From: Brevinematales bacterium
GTDB taxonomy: Bacteria; Spirochaetota; Brevinematia; Brevinematales; JAOACQ01
Assembly (NCBI GenBank): GCA_026417755.1
Contig: JAOACQ010000022.1
Coordinates: forward strand, 1 to 53,063
Direction: 5' to 3'
Length of the DNA: 53,063 bases
Shown here: positions 31,617 through 40,994 of the stretch, piece by piece
Position numbering within the stretch: position 1 is the stretch's first letter
Layout of the letters: every line of letters starts with the position of its first letter
Notes under the pieces: generated by a model
What the model was told of the DNA's origin: nothing
Databases searched by the model: none
The model's input: the letters and a program-made list of their open reading frames with translations, nothing else
Program-made: the position numbers and the translations under genes

Positions 31617-31946
31617 TTAAAGTTCCGATTTAATATTATTTTGATTTGAAATAAGAAATTTATAAACCATATCACCAAGACCAATGCCTCCGGAGTGGGC
31701 TATCTTCTTTGAGTATTCCTCATAGAGCATATCTTCAAAAAATTCCTGTTTAAGACCACCATTAAGCCAATCAGATTTTTGAATGGTCTTTCTCATTGAC
31801 TTAAAAAGCTGATTGATAAATAATGATTCAAATTCTCTCGAAACAGAAAGAATCTGTTTCTTGTCAAGTTTTTTTGTATCAATATTTCTTAACTTGTTTA
31901 TATCAAAATTATTATTTTCAATTGGTTTATTTAGAACACCTACCAT
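31617..31946 (-). CDS. flgJ: Flagellar rod assembly protein FlgJ (rod-binding domain only)
   Basis: REFESLFINQLFKSMRKT...FEDMLYEEYS...GGIGLGDMVY. Confidence 0.88.
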   Translation of the reverse strand: MVGVLNKPIENNNFDINKLRNIDTKKLDKKQILSVSREFESLFINQLFKSMRKTIQKSDWLNGGLKQEFFEDMLYEEYSKKIAHSGGIGLGDMVYKFLISNQNNIKSEL

Positions 31947-31967
31947 AAAACCTTCCTTATAATTAAT

Positions 31968-31994
31968 CTTTCGGAAGGAAATTATTTTTGTTTA
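31968..31994 (-). promoter_or_regulatory. Putative sigma28 (FliA) promoter of flgJ
   Basis: TAAA-15 nt-TCCGAAAG compared with the consensus TAAA-N15-GCCGATAA. Confidence 0.6.
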
Positions 31995-32048
31995 GCCAAA
32001 AAACAAGATTATTCTGTAATTTACTTTCATTTTTAAATTCTAACAGCT

Positions 32049-34040
32049 TCACTCTTTTTTAATTAAATTAAAACTTTCCGACAATATATAACTTCTACTG
32101 AAGGTACCATCTTCTGTTTTTTCTTCCCAGCTAAATCTTAACCCAACAACCTCAGAATTCTTAACCATTTTTTCTGTTTTTATGTTCAAAGTTACAGGTA
32201 ATCTTGCTTCTTCAATATTACCAGATTTCAATTCTTTTACTAAAGTCTCTCTTGCCAGAACATTACCATCATAATCAATTAAATCCAACTTAACATTTTT
32301 TATATCATTGGGACTAAAATTCTTAAAATTAAAAAGAATATAGAATTCCTTATTGTATTCAATATTTGCAGGAAGATAATAATTAATAGCTAAAGATATC
32401 ATTGAATTCATCTTTTTAAACTCATAAAAAATATTTCCAATTCCAAACATCCATTCAAGTGGTGAATAAGGCCCTCTCTTACCAGACATAGCATTATATA
32501 AGTCATTAATTATTAATCCCTTAAGATTACTTTTCTTACTCATTTCTTTAATAGAGTTAAAGTAAGCACTCCAGTAAAAATCTATACCACTTGCTTTTAC
32601 ATCCTGAAATTCAAGATTTTTCTTATAATCTATTTCATAAGAAAATATCAATCTATCTGAATATTCGGAAATAAAAGTTTGCCTTAAATTTCTTATTTCT
32701 TTTGCGAGGTCATAATATGGCAAAGCAAAGTTAACAACAAAAAAATCAATAGAAGCTGCTGATAAAACATCTAAAATCTCTGGATTTTTCTTTAACGATT
32801 CATAATCTATATAATAAAAAACTGGCTTATTCTTGCCAGATTTTTCAATTATTTCCTTCATCACTGAAACAAGATAATATCTTTTCCACCTTTCAAAAAC
32901 CGTTAAAAAATCTTTGTTTTTCAATTTTTCACTGAAGTATTTTAACTTATTAGTAATATCCCAATCCTTCCACTCAGCTGGAACCTCTATTTGTAATTCC
33001 TTAAAGAATAAATCACAAAGTTCAAGTCCATCACCATATTCAGGGAAAAAATCAGAAAATCCTATAAAATTATAATTTTTATTCTGCATCATCAAAGCAA
33101 AGAGTTTCTGAATCGAACTTTTTCTATTTTCATCAGAATAAGATATAGCTCCGCCTTCCGAAAAACCATTTTCTGTCAAAGAATAAGAAGACATATAACC
33201 TATCTTGTCAATATAAGCCCCTTCTACTTTAAATGCTTTAATATAACCAGCAAATTTCTTTCCTCTCTGGTTTAATTTTTCTGCTAATATATCTGATTCA
33301 TTTATTTTCTCTCTATTCCAGGGAGAAGAAGCATTTATATCTTCCTGAAAAGAAGGAGTGATCCCAACATTCATAAATACCCCATCCGCTGAAAGTATAT
33401 CAACCCATTCTGGTATGTAGTTCCAATCAACCTCTTTCCCATTCAATGAAATAATGATACGCTTTGATATTCTTTCTATTGAGTTAATTCCTATCAATGC
33501 CATGTTTTTATCAATTTTATAATTTTTATTGTTAGCAATGAAAGAAATGTAGTTATAGACAGAAACAGGAGCCTCTGGTGAATCAGGATATGCTTTTATT
33601 TCTAATTTTAATTCACCATCTATATCAGTATTTAGAGGGAAAAAATACCCCTTCCACAGATCATTTTTTTCATCATAGGTCAAAGATACTTTATCATTAT
33701 TATCGATACTTTTGACTATATTTCCATTTCTATCATAGAGAATAGCCTCTATCTTTGCATTTCTGACAACCTCTCTATCTTTTTTTCTTATAATTTTTGC
33801 AATTACCAATATCTTTTCATATTTACTATACAATTTCTTGTCAGTTTTAGAATAAAGTAAAAAATCAGCATTTCCTTTTTTTGATTTTTCCAGATCATTT
33901 ATAAGCTCATCGTTTAGCTCAATTTCGACATAAGATGAATCAAAATATTTTCTTAAATCCCTATAGAAAATATTACTCAACACAAGCAAAACAACTATCA
34001 TAAATAGTAGTGCAATTGAAATATATCTCACAAACTTCAT
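32049..34040 (-). CDS. Hypothetical membrane-anchored periplasmic protein
   Basis: N-terminal TM anchor, 663 aa, SD GGAGG; no family recognised. Confidence 0.75.
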   Translation of the reverse strand: MKFVRYISIALLFMIVVLLVLSNIFYRDLRKYFDSSYVEIELNDELINDLEKSKKGNADFLLYSKTDKKLYSKYEKILVIAKIIRKKDREVVRNAKIEAILYDRNGNIVKSIDNNDKVSLTYDEKNDLWKGYFFPLNTDIDGELKLEIKAYPDSPEAPVSVYNYISFIANNKNYKIDKNMALIGINSIERISKRIIISLNGKEVDWNYIPEWVDILSADGVFMNVGITPSFQEDINASSPWNREKINESDILAEKLNQRGKKFAGYIKAFKVEGAYIDKIGYMSSYSLTENGFSEGGAISYSDENRKSSIQKLFALMMQNKNYNFIGFSDFFPEYGDGLELCDLFFKELQIEVPAEWKDWDITNKLKYFSEKLKNKDFLTVFERWKRYYLVSVMKEIIEKSGKNKPVFYYIDYESLKKNPEILDVLSAASIDFFVVNFALPYYDLAKEIRNLRQTFISEYSDRLIFSYEIDYKKNLEFQDVKASGIDFYWSAYFNSIKEMSKKSNLKGLIINDLYNAMSGKRGPYSPLEWMFGIGNIFYEFKKMNSMISLAINYYLPANIEYNKEFYILFNFKNFSPNDIKNVKLDLIDYDGNVLARETLVKELKSGNIEEARLPVTLNIKTEKMVKNSEVVGLRFSWEEKTEDGTFSRSYILSESFNLIKKE

Positions 34041-34050
34041 AATTCCTCCA

Positions 34051-34245
34051 TTAGCTATTTTTAATAAATTTTGCTAAAATTGGATAGAAAAGCAAGCCAA
34101 TAATAACACCAAAAATAAAACTGAGTGGAAAAATATAAATCCACAAGTTAGGAAACAATCTAAAATAAAGAATAACAAAAAGAGTTGTTAATAAAGAAAC
34201 AAATCCTGCAATTATTAAAAATAACAGTGGTAATATTTTTTTCAT
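34051..34245 (-). CDS. Small two-TM membrane protein
   Basis: SD GGAGGT before ATG 34245; two hydrophobic segments; 10 nt upstream of the next gene. Confidence 0.65.
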   Translation of the reverse strand: MKKILPLLFLIIAGFVSLLTTLFVILYFRLFPNLWIYIFPLSFIFGVIIGLLFYPILAKFIKNS

Positions 34246-34339
34246 TTTTACCTCCAGCAAAACGAATAATAGATTATTTTAAAACACAACTTTTAAAAAA
34301 TCCAGAAAGAGAGGGTTCTTAAATTGTAAAGTATAAAAA

Positions 34340-35377
34340 CTAATTTTCAAGAAGAATATTGAGAAGATACATAGAATAGCACTCATTACCAAAATTTTTA
34401 AAATAGTAATTCTTTAATCTTTCGATTAACTCCCTTCTATTTTTGACTTTGAGTTTTGAATAGATATTTTTTATATGAAATTTAACGGTAGGTATTGAAA
34501 TATATAAACTTTTTGCGATTTCATTATTTGATTGAAACTTAATGATACACTTTACAATCTCCGTTTCTCTCGCTGATAGAGAATATTCTCTAAAAAATTC
34601 TTCGTTTGGCATTACAAATTCTGAAATAACATCCATTATGTTTATAATCAGAACACGTATTCCTTTTATTTCAAAAACTTCATCCTCTTCTTCAATAATT
34701 GGAGAAAACCTAAAAAAAACTGGCAAGTTTTTTTCACCGTTATTCATAACTGTATTTAACGTTATCACTTCGCCCGATTTAACCCTCTCAAGTTTTTCCC
34801 TAATAATTTTCTTTTGTTCGTCTGCAAAGAAATCAAGAAATGTTTTGTTCCATAAAGAAGTAACCTTAAACCTTTCCCTTACAAGATTGGTCATAAATTT
34901 AATCCCATAATCAAGATCAAGTTCAACCATCATAATTTGGAGTGTATCTAGCATATCACGTAATTTATTTTCTATATTTCTTTTTTCTTTTTTCAATCTT
35001 TTGTGAGTCTGTGCTTGAGAAATAGCTATATCAATTGATATACCAAGCTGAGAAAGATCTATAGGCTTTATAATATAACCATAACTTCCTTCCTTTTTAG
35101 CAAGTTCCATTGTTTTTTCTTCAGAAATAGCCGTAATAAACATAAAAGGGATATCCATTTTTTTTAGTTCTTTTGAGAGTTGAATGCCGTTTTCATTCCC
35201 CCTTAAATATATATCTATAAAAACAAAATCAATACTATTTTTTTTAATGAATTCAAGAGAATCCTTCACATTATCAAAAACCCCCATTACATTCAATTTT
35301 CTATCTATAAGGAAGGATTTTAAGACTTCTGCAAAGATGGCTTCATCTTCAACTATTAAAACATTAATAGCTCCCAT
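34340..35377 (-). CDS. REC-PAS-LuxR response regulator
   Basis: LIVEDE, IDIYL, GYIIKP; PAS-like middle; LSARETEI...ISIPTVKFHIKNIYSKL. Confidence 0.88.
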   Translation of the reverse strand: MGAINVLIVEDEAIFAEVLKSFLIDRKLNVMGVFDNVKDSLEFIKKNSIDFVFIDIYLRGNENGIQLSKELKKMDIPFMFITAISEEKTMELAKKEGSYGYIIKPIDLSQLGISIDIAISQAQTHKRLKKEKRNIENKLRDMLDTLQIMMVELDLDYGIKFMTNLVRERFKVTSLWNKTFLDFFADEQKKIIREKLERVKSGEVITLNTVMNNGEKNLPVFFRFSPIIEEEDEVFEIKGIRVLIINIMDVISEFVMPNEEFFREYSLSARETEIVKCIIKFQSNNEIAKSLYISIPTVKFHIKNIYSKLKVKNRRELIERLKNYYFKNFGNECYSMYLLNILLEN

Positions 35378-35444
35378 TTTTACCCCCTTTGCTCTATATC
35401 ACTTTCATTTTAACATTATAAATTCTTTTTTAAAAAAAGAAACT

Positions 35445-35457
35445 ATCCTTTAAGTAT
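35445..35457. promoter_or_regulatory. Putative activator box (ATACT-N3-AGTAT, 1 mismatch)
   Basis: ATCCTTTAAGTAT centred 31 nt upstream of a minus-strand TATAAT (35415-35420) that has no -35. Confidence 0.4.
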
Positions 35458-35567
35458 AATTTTTTAGTTAATATTATAAATATTACTGATTTAGGCGTGA
35501 AAATTGTTTATGAAATGTTATATTATCGATAAATTATATACTCAACTTATGTGAGAAAAAGGAAATT

Positions 35568-37571
35568 TTATTCAACTTCCAGACAGATCATACATATATC
35601 ATCATCAAAAAAATCACCCCCCCTGAATTCAATAAGTTTGTCATAAACTATTTTTATTATGTCAGAGGGAGAAAAGTTCTTGACACTATCTAAAATTATG
35701 TCAAGGTGCACTTCACCAAAATAGATGGGATCATCTTTTTCAAATTTCTCAAAGGGAGTACTTTCAGAAAGTCCATCAGTAAAGAAAAAGAGTTTATCTT
35801 TTTTCTGTAACTTTATCGTACTATTCACATAGCCTTTATCAATCTTTGTAGCTTCATCTGTCTTCATTATACCAAGGGGTATACCTCTATTTTCTGAACT
35901 GAGTTTTGAAATTTCTTCTTTTGAAATTTTGTAGGGAAGCGTATGACCGGCATTTGCATAAATAAATTGACGGGTGTTTTTATTATAGATTCCATAAAAG
36001 GCTGTAACAAAATGTCCCTGTAATTGAACATAAAGAAAATCGTTTAATTTTTTCAAGAATTTTGCTGGATTTGTGAGTTCAGAAGTCATTTGATTTATTG
36101 CACTCTTTATCATAGAAGTAATAAGAGCAGCAGGAACCCCATGCCCTGAAACATCACTTATAAAGATACCTATCTTATCATCATCAATTTCTATAAAATC
36201 ATAAAAATCCCCACAAACCTGTTCCATAGGTTTATAAAATGCTTCAATTTCAAAAAGAGGCGGAACAGATGGAATAAGAAATGTTTGAATCTTCTTGGCC
36301 AACTCCAGTTCTCTTTCCACAAGATTTTTGTTAAGTTTAATTCTGTTTATAGCAGTTTCAAGCTCAAGATTCTTTTGAGACAAAATTTCTTCAAGCTGTT
36401 CTTTTATCAAAACAAATTGGTTATTCTTTATATTAAGCTCTCTTAAATATTCTTCTTTTTCTTTATATACTCTTATAAATCTATAGAATAAAATAAAAAT
36501 GATTGAATAAATAAAAGTTAGAACACCAATATCGAGAAAAACTTTACTCCAGAAGAAAATACCAAAGCCCCTTGCAAGTATTTCATACATAGCTGAAAGA
36601 AATAGAAAAATTCCACCTATTGCAAGAAATTGAGCTTCTCTATTACTTTCGAGTGCAGAAAATAATAGAAAAGAAAAAAGAACAATAATTATTCCCATCA
36701 AATAAATGAAATAAAAGTTCAGTAATTTTGATAAGGCAACATTCCCATAAATCTCAATAAGACACACCAAAATAATTATTAATATCTGTGAATAAAACAA
36801 TAGATTCAAAATAGAGTTAAATTTTTTCCTTAAAATTACATCAAGAAAAATAAAAAGACCAAGCATCATTAGATAAGAAGAAAAAAAGGCAATATAACCC
36901 CACAAGAATGGAAAGTCAAGCAAAAATACTGTCAGAAGATTTTCTGATACCTGTTTTAAGCCAAGAAAAAAAATAAACAAACCAGCTCCAAAAAAGGCTT
37001 TTTTCTCAAAATATTTTAAAAATGAAATCAACATCAAGAATAAGCCTGATATAACAATTATAACAGACATTATCATGCCATAAATATTATCCTTTACAAT
37101 GCTTTTATAAGCATCTTCCAATCTGATAATTTTAAGCTGTTTATGCCTCAAAAACATTGCTTCATTAGCATAAAATATTTTAAAATAGATATACTTACCT
37201 TTGTAATCTTCCCTGAGTTTTATAATATTAAATTTTTCTCCTGTTGTAAGGCTTAATTTTTCCGGAATCAATCTACCATAATGAAATTCTGAAATTTTAT
37301 TTGGTAGGCTTATATCATCTACATAAACTTCATAAAATTGTTCAGTAGAATAATAATAAATACAATATTCAGTTAAATTTGTTTCTGGAAGTTTAAATCT
37401 TAAAAATAATATATGTTCATAAGGTTTGTTTTCTATTTCGAGTTTTATAAAATCAATATTCTTAAATCTTAATTCAGATAATTTTGAATCTTCTTTAGCA
37501 AAACTATACTCTATGTTAACATCAAGAGAGTAAGAAAATCCAAACAAAAATAAAAAGAATAAAACTTTCAT
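35568..37571 (-). CDS. Membrane-bound SpoIIE/RsbU-type PP2C phosphatase (7TM sensor)
   Basis: GDFYD, SDVSGHGVPAAL, ANAGH, TDGL, DDIC; 7TM region; probable start MKVLFF at 37571. Confidence 0.9.
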   Translation of the reverse strand: MKVLFFLFLFGFSYSLDVNIEYSFAKEDSKLSELRFKNIDFIKLEIENKPYEHILFLRFKLPETNLTEYCIYYYSTEQFYEVYVDDISLPNKISEFHYGRLIPEKLSLTTGEKFNIIKLREDYKGKYIYFKIFYANEAMFLRHKQLKIIRLEDAYKSIVKDNIYGMIMSVIIVISGLFLMLISFLKYFEKKAFFGAGLFIFFLGLKQVSENLLTVFLLDFPFLWGYIAFFSSYLMMLGLFIFLDVILRKKFNSILNLLFYSQILIIILVCLIEIYGNVALSKLLNFYFIYLMGIIIVLFSFLLFSALESNREAQFLAIGGIFLFLSAMYEILARGFGIFFWSKVFLDIGVLTFIYSIIFILFYRFIRVYKEKEEYLRELNIKNNQFVLIKEQLEEILSQKNLELETAINRIKLNKNLVERELELAKKIQTFLIPSVPPLFEIEAFYKPMEQVCGDFYDFIEIDDDKIGIFISDVSGHGVPAALITSMIKSAINQMTSELTNPAKFLKKLNDFLYVQLQGHFVTAFYGIYNKNTRQFIYANAGHTLPYKISKEEISKLSSENRGIPLGIMKTDEATKIDKGYVNSTIKLQKKDKLFFFTDGLSESTPFEKFEKDDPIYFGEVHLDIILDSVKNFSPSDIIKIVYDKLIEFRGGDFFDDDICMICLEVE

Positions 37572-37671
37572 AATGCTATATTCTATATTCAAAAAAAATT
37601 TTTTACAATAGTATTTTTTTTATAACTTGAAAATAACGCTTTTTTTTGTTATATTTTATATGAGGTTAAAA

Positions 37672-37896
37672 ATGGAACAGAAAACCTTGATAATGTTTGG
37701 TATACTTGTAGTTTTTGTTGGCTTTATGATTATACTTTTTGGTTTTTTTTCTAAGTTTTTACCTTTTTTCAAATTACCGGGGGATATCGTCATAGAAAAA
37801 GAGAATTTCGGTTTTTATTTTCCAATTGTTTCCAGTATAATTCTAAGTTTAATTTTAACAGTTATATTAAACATTATTGCAAAAGTTTTTAAATGA
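37672..37896 (+). CDS. DUF2905 family small membrane protein
   Basis: KLPGDIVIEKENFGFYFPIVSSIILS motif. Confidence 0.85.
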   Translation: MEQKTLIMFGILVVFVGFMIILFGFFSKFLPFFKLPGDIVIEKENFGFYFPIVSSIILSLILTVILNIIAKVFK

Positions 37897-37958
37897 AATT
37901 TTTGATAAATTTGAGATTATACCTTAAAATTTATTATTACAGTTTTGGGAGACTGATT

Positions 37959-38345
37959 ATGAAGAAATTGTGGGTTATTTTGTTGTTTTTTTCTTTTTAT
38001 GGATGTTTTAAATTTAATTCTGTATTACCTGAGGATAAATTAAAGGATATGTCTTCCGTAAAAATAATGGAACTTGCCGCAGAAAAATATCAGGCAAATG
38101 AATATAAAGATGCAATATACTATTATGAATATGTAATAAAAAATTTCTCTGAAGATAAGGAAAATTTTGCATGGGCTCATTATGAAATAGGATTCATAAA
38201 ATATCAGGAAGGAAAATTAAAAGAGGCTCTTGACTATTTTTATAAAACTGCATCTATTGACTCTCCAAATAAAGCCCCTACTATACTTGCCCTTCAGATG
38301 GCAGAAAGAGTAGAGAAAATGCTTGAGAAAAAAGGCAGGAACTAA
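37959..38345 (+). CDS. TPR lipoprotein (BamD/YfiO-like)
   Basis: MKKLWVILLFFSFYGC lipobox and two TPRs (AWAHYEIGF). Confidence 0.75.
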   Translation: MKKLWVILLFFSFYGCFKFNSVLPEDKLKDMSSVKIMELAAEKYQANEYKDAIYYYEYVIKNFSEDKENFAWAHYEIGFIKYQEGKLKEALDYFYKTASIDSPNKAPTILALQMAERVEKMLEKKGRN

Positions 38346-38347
38346 AA

Positions 38348-39304
38348 TTGGCTAAAAGACGTATAAGTATCATAAATCATATCTTATATTTAATTGAGTT
38401 TTTAATAGTTGTGCCTTTAACAGTTTTTTTATCCTTACTACCGCTAAAGTTTTTGAGATTTTTAGCTCTCCCTTTAAGTAGAATAATCTATTTAATAGAT
38501 AAAAAGAATAAAAAGATTGCAGAATATAATCTTAAAATTGTCTTTAAAGACAAACAGTGGGATGAAAAAGAAAAGAAGGATTTATTAAAAAAACTTTTTT
38601 ACAATATAGTCCTTTATGCTGTAGAGTACTTAAAATTAAAGGTAGTTACTCCAAAAAACTATAAAAAATTTGTAGAATTTGAAGGTTATGAAAATGTAGA
38701 CAAAGCCTTAAAAGATGGGAAAGGTTTAATAGTTGTTACAGCACATATCGGTAACTGGGAATATCTTGGTGGTATCCCCGCAAAACTAGGAAAAAATCTC
38801 GCTGTAATTATAAACAGACAATTTAATCCTTATACTGACTGGTGGTTAAAAAGAATAAGAGAAAAAGATGGTGGTATAAAATGTTTCTATAATGAGGTAG
38901 GCGATCTATCAAAGATTGTAAAACATCTAAAAAAAGGAGGAATAATAGGAACTCTTGTCGATCAAACATACTATTTTCAACCTATTTTCGTGCCATTTTT
39001 TGGAAAAGATGCTGCAACTGCTGATGGACCCGCAAAACTTCATCTTAAATACGGTGCTCCAATTATGCTTGCTTTTGCAATAAGAATGCCGGATAAAAAG
39101 TATAAACTTATATATTATCCTCATATTTATTTTGAAAAAACCGACAATTTTGAAGAAGACTGTAAAAAAATTATGCGTTATATAAATTCAGAATATGAAA
39201 AAATTATTCTCAAATATCCAGAACAATGGTTTTCATTCTTTCATCATAGATGGGAGAGAACAAAACCAGAACATTTTTCTGACATAAATGATTCGCCATT
39301 TTAA
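38348..39304 (+). CDS. Lipid A acyltransferase (HtrB/LpxL family)
   Basis: TAHIGNWE, LVDQ, VPFFG, PEQW motifs. Confidence 0.88.
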   Translation: MAKRRISIINHILYLIEFLIVVPLTVFLSLLPLKFLRFLALPLSRIIYLIDKKNKKIAEYNLKIVFKDKQWDEKEKKDLLKKLFYNIVLYAVEYLKLKVVTPKNYKKFVEFEGYENVDKALKDGKGLIVVTAHIGNWEYLGGIPAKLGKNLAVIINRQFNPYTDWWLKRIREKDGGIKCFYNEVGDLSKIVKHLKKGGIIGTLVDQTYYFQPIFVPFFGKDAATADGPAKLHLKYGAPIMLAFAIRMPDKKYKLIYYPHIYFEKTDNFEEDCKKIMRYINSEYEKIILKYPEQWFSFFHHRWERTKPEHFSDINDSPF

Positions 39305-39321
39305 ATTTTGGAGATTAAAAG

Positions 39322-39350
39322 TTGACAAAATTTTTTTTTATCTTTATTAT
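39322..39350 (+). promoter_or_regulatory. sigma70 promoter of the rplU operon
   Basis: TTGACA-17 nt-TATTAT. Confidence 0.75.
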
Positions 39351-39392
39351 ATTAAACCTTAAAAAGTTGCTATTTTTTAGAGGAGTAGAAAA

Positions 39393-39710
39393 ATGTATGC
39401 CATTTTAGAAATTGGTGGAAAACAATATAAGGTTGAAAAAGGCACAAAACTTTCTGTAGATTTCTTAAACACAGAAAAGGATAAAATAGAGTTTCAGACT
39501 GTTACAATGATTTCCGATAAAGGAAATGTAGAGATTGGAACACCTTATATAGCAGGTGCCTCTGTCGAAGCAAAAGTCTTGAATCCTATGGTTAAAGGTG
39601 AAAAGTTAATTGTTTATAAGTATAAGTCTAAGGCAAATTATAGAAGAAAAGCCGGACACAGACAACTTTATAGTGAAATAGAGGTTGTAAAGATTAATAA
39701 AGCAAGTTAA
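39393..39710 (+). CDS. rplU: 50S ribosomal protein L21
   Basis: MYAILEIGGKQYKV...GHRQ. Confidence 0.97.
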   Translation: MYAILEIGGKQYKVEKGTKLSVDFLNTEKDKIEFQTVTMISDKGNVEIGTPYIAGASVEAKVLNPMVKGEKLIVYKYKSKANYRRKAGHRQLYSEIEVVKINKAS

Positions 39711-40039
39711 TGATAAGTATAAAGATTAGTATAGAAAAGGTTTTGACCTTAGAAGCAAGTGGTCATGCCCTTTTCGATAAAAAAGGAAAGGATATAGTGT
39801 GTGCAGCTGTTTCAACCCTTCTCCAAAGCTGGCTTATCGGATTGGAAGAGCTTTGCAAGGTTAGGCTAAATACTAAAAAGGAGAATGGGTTTTTAAGTGT
39901 TAGGGTTGATGAGATAAATGAAAATACTTTTTTACTTACTCAAAATCTTGTTTTGAGTCTAAAAATTTTGGAAAAACAGTATAAAGAAAACATAAAAGTT
40001 GAATTGGAGGAAAAGGATGGCAGCAGGTGGTTCAGGTAA
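39710..40039 (+). CDS. prp: Ribosomal-processing cysteine protease Prp (DUF464)
   Basis: SGHA...DIVCAAVS catalytic His/Cys; lies between rplU and rpmA. Confidence 0.92.
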   Translation: MISIKISIEKVLTLEASGHALFDKKGKDIVCAAVSTLLQSWLIGLEELCKVRLNTKKENGFLSVRVDEINENTFLLTQNLVLSLKILEKQYKENIKVELEEKDGSRWFR

Positions 40040-40253
40040 AAATGGTAGAGATAGCCATTCAAAAAGACTTGGAGTTAAGGTTTTTGGTGGGCAGAGTGTT
40101 AAAAGTGGAAATATAATTATTAGGCAAAGAGGAACAAAATTCTGGCCGGGTAAGAATGTTGGTCTTGGAAGGGATCATACTATTTTTGCGTTAAAGGATG
40201 GGATTGTTAATTTTGTCGAAAGAAAAGGCAAATATTTCGTGGATGTGATTTAA
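40017..40253 (+). CDS. rpmA: 50S ribosomal protein L27
   Basis: [31 protein letters not shown]; ATG 40017 preceded by GGAGG. Confidence 0.96.
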   Translation: MAAGGSGKNGRDSHSKRLGVKVFGGQSVKSGNIIIRQRGTKFWPGKNVGLGRDHTIFALKDGIVNFVERKGKYFVDVI

Positions 40254-40273
40254 AAAATTTTTGTGGAGATATA

Positions 40274-40606
40274 ATGGATCAGAAAAAGATAGCTCATTTC
40301 AAAGAAAGACTTTTGGAAATGGAAAAGGAAATACTCGAAAACATCCAATCAGAAAGCTACGAAGATGAAAATCCTTTCGATGTAGATGGAGACCTTATTG
40401 ACAAGGCGGATGTATTGAGTTCAGCCTCATTGACTGAAGGTCTTTCCGCTTCTCAGAAGAAAATGCTAGAAGAGATACGTCGTGCGTTGCAGAGAATTAA
40501 AGATGGTACGTATGGAGTGTGTCAGGTCTGCGGCTCTGAGATAGAAGAAGAAAGACTGGAAGCTATACCATATGCAGACAAATGCAAAAAGCATATGGGG
40601 CGTTAG
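40274..40606 (+). CDS. dksA: DksA/TraR family transcription factor
   Basis: DLIDKA coiled-coil tip, GTYGVCQVCG...ERLEAIP...CKKH. Confidence 0.88.
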   Translation: MDQKKIAHFKERLLEMEKEILENIQSESYEDENPFDVDGDLIDKADVLSSASLTEGLSASQKKMLEEIRRALQRIKDGTYGVCQVCGSEIEEERLEAIPYADKCKKHMGR

Positions 40607-40628
40607 AAACTTTTTTAAGGAGTGATAT

Positions 40629-40901
40629 ATGGAGAGCAGCAGACTTTATGTCGGCAATTTGAAGTACGGTGTTACTTCAGAACAGTTATCAGAACTTTTC
40701 GCTGGTTATGGCGAAGTTAAGTATGCCAAGGTTATCGAAGGCAAAGGGTTTGGTTTCGTTGAAATGGGAAATAGCAGCGAAGCTGAAAATGCAATGAATG
40801 CCCTTAATGGACAGGAATTTGCAGGAAGAACCCTGAAAATTGATGAAGCAAAACCAAGAGAAAGAAAAAGAAATCCTCGTTTTTCAAGAAGAGAGTATTA
40901 A
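40629..40901 (+). CDS. RRM (RNP-1) RNA-binding protein
   Basis: LYVGNL (RNP2), KGFGFVEM (RNP1), LKIDEAKPR. Confidence 0.94.
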   Translation: MESSRLYVGNLKYGVTSEQLSELFAGYGEVKYAKVIEGKGFGFVEMGNSSEAENAMNALNGQEFAGRTLKIDEAKPRERKRNPRFSRREY

Positions 40902-40922
40902 TTTTTTTCTTTTAGCGGAAAT

Positions 40923-40948
40923 GGGGTAGAAGTTTAAACTTTTACCCC
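40923..40948 (+). terminator. Hairpin after the RRM gene
   Basis: GGGGTAGAAGTTT/AAACTTTTACCCC inverted repeat. Confidence 0.65.
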
Positions 40949-40994
40949 CTAATATTTATTCTGTGATCTGATAAACTATTAGGAGTTAAAGAAA

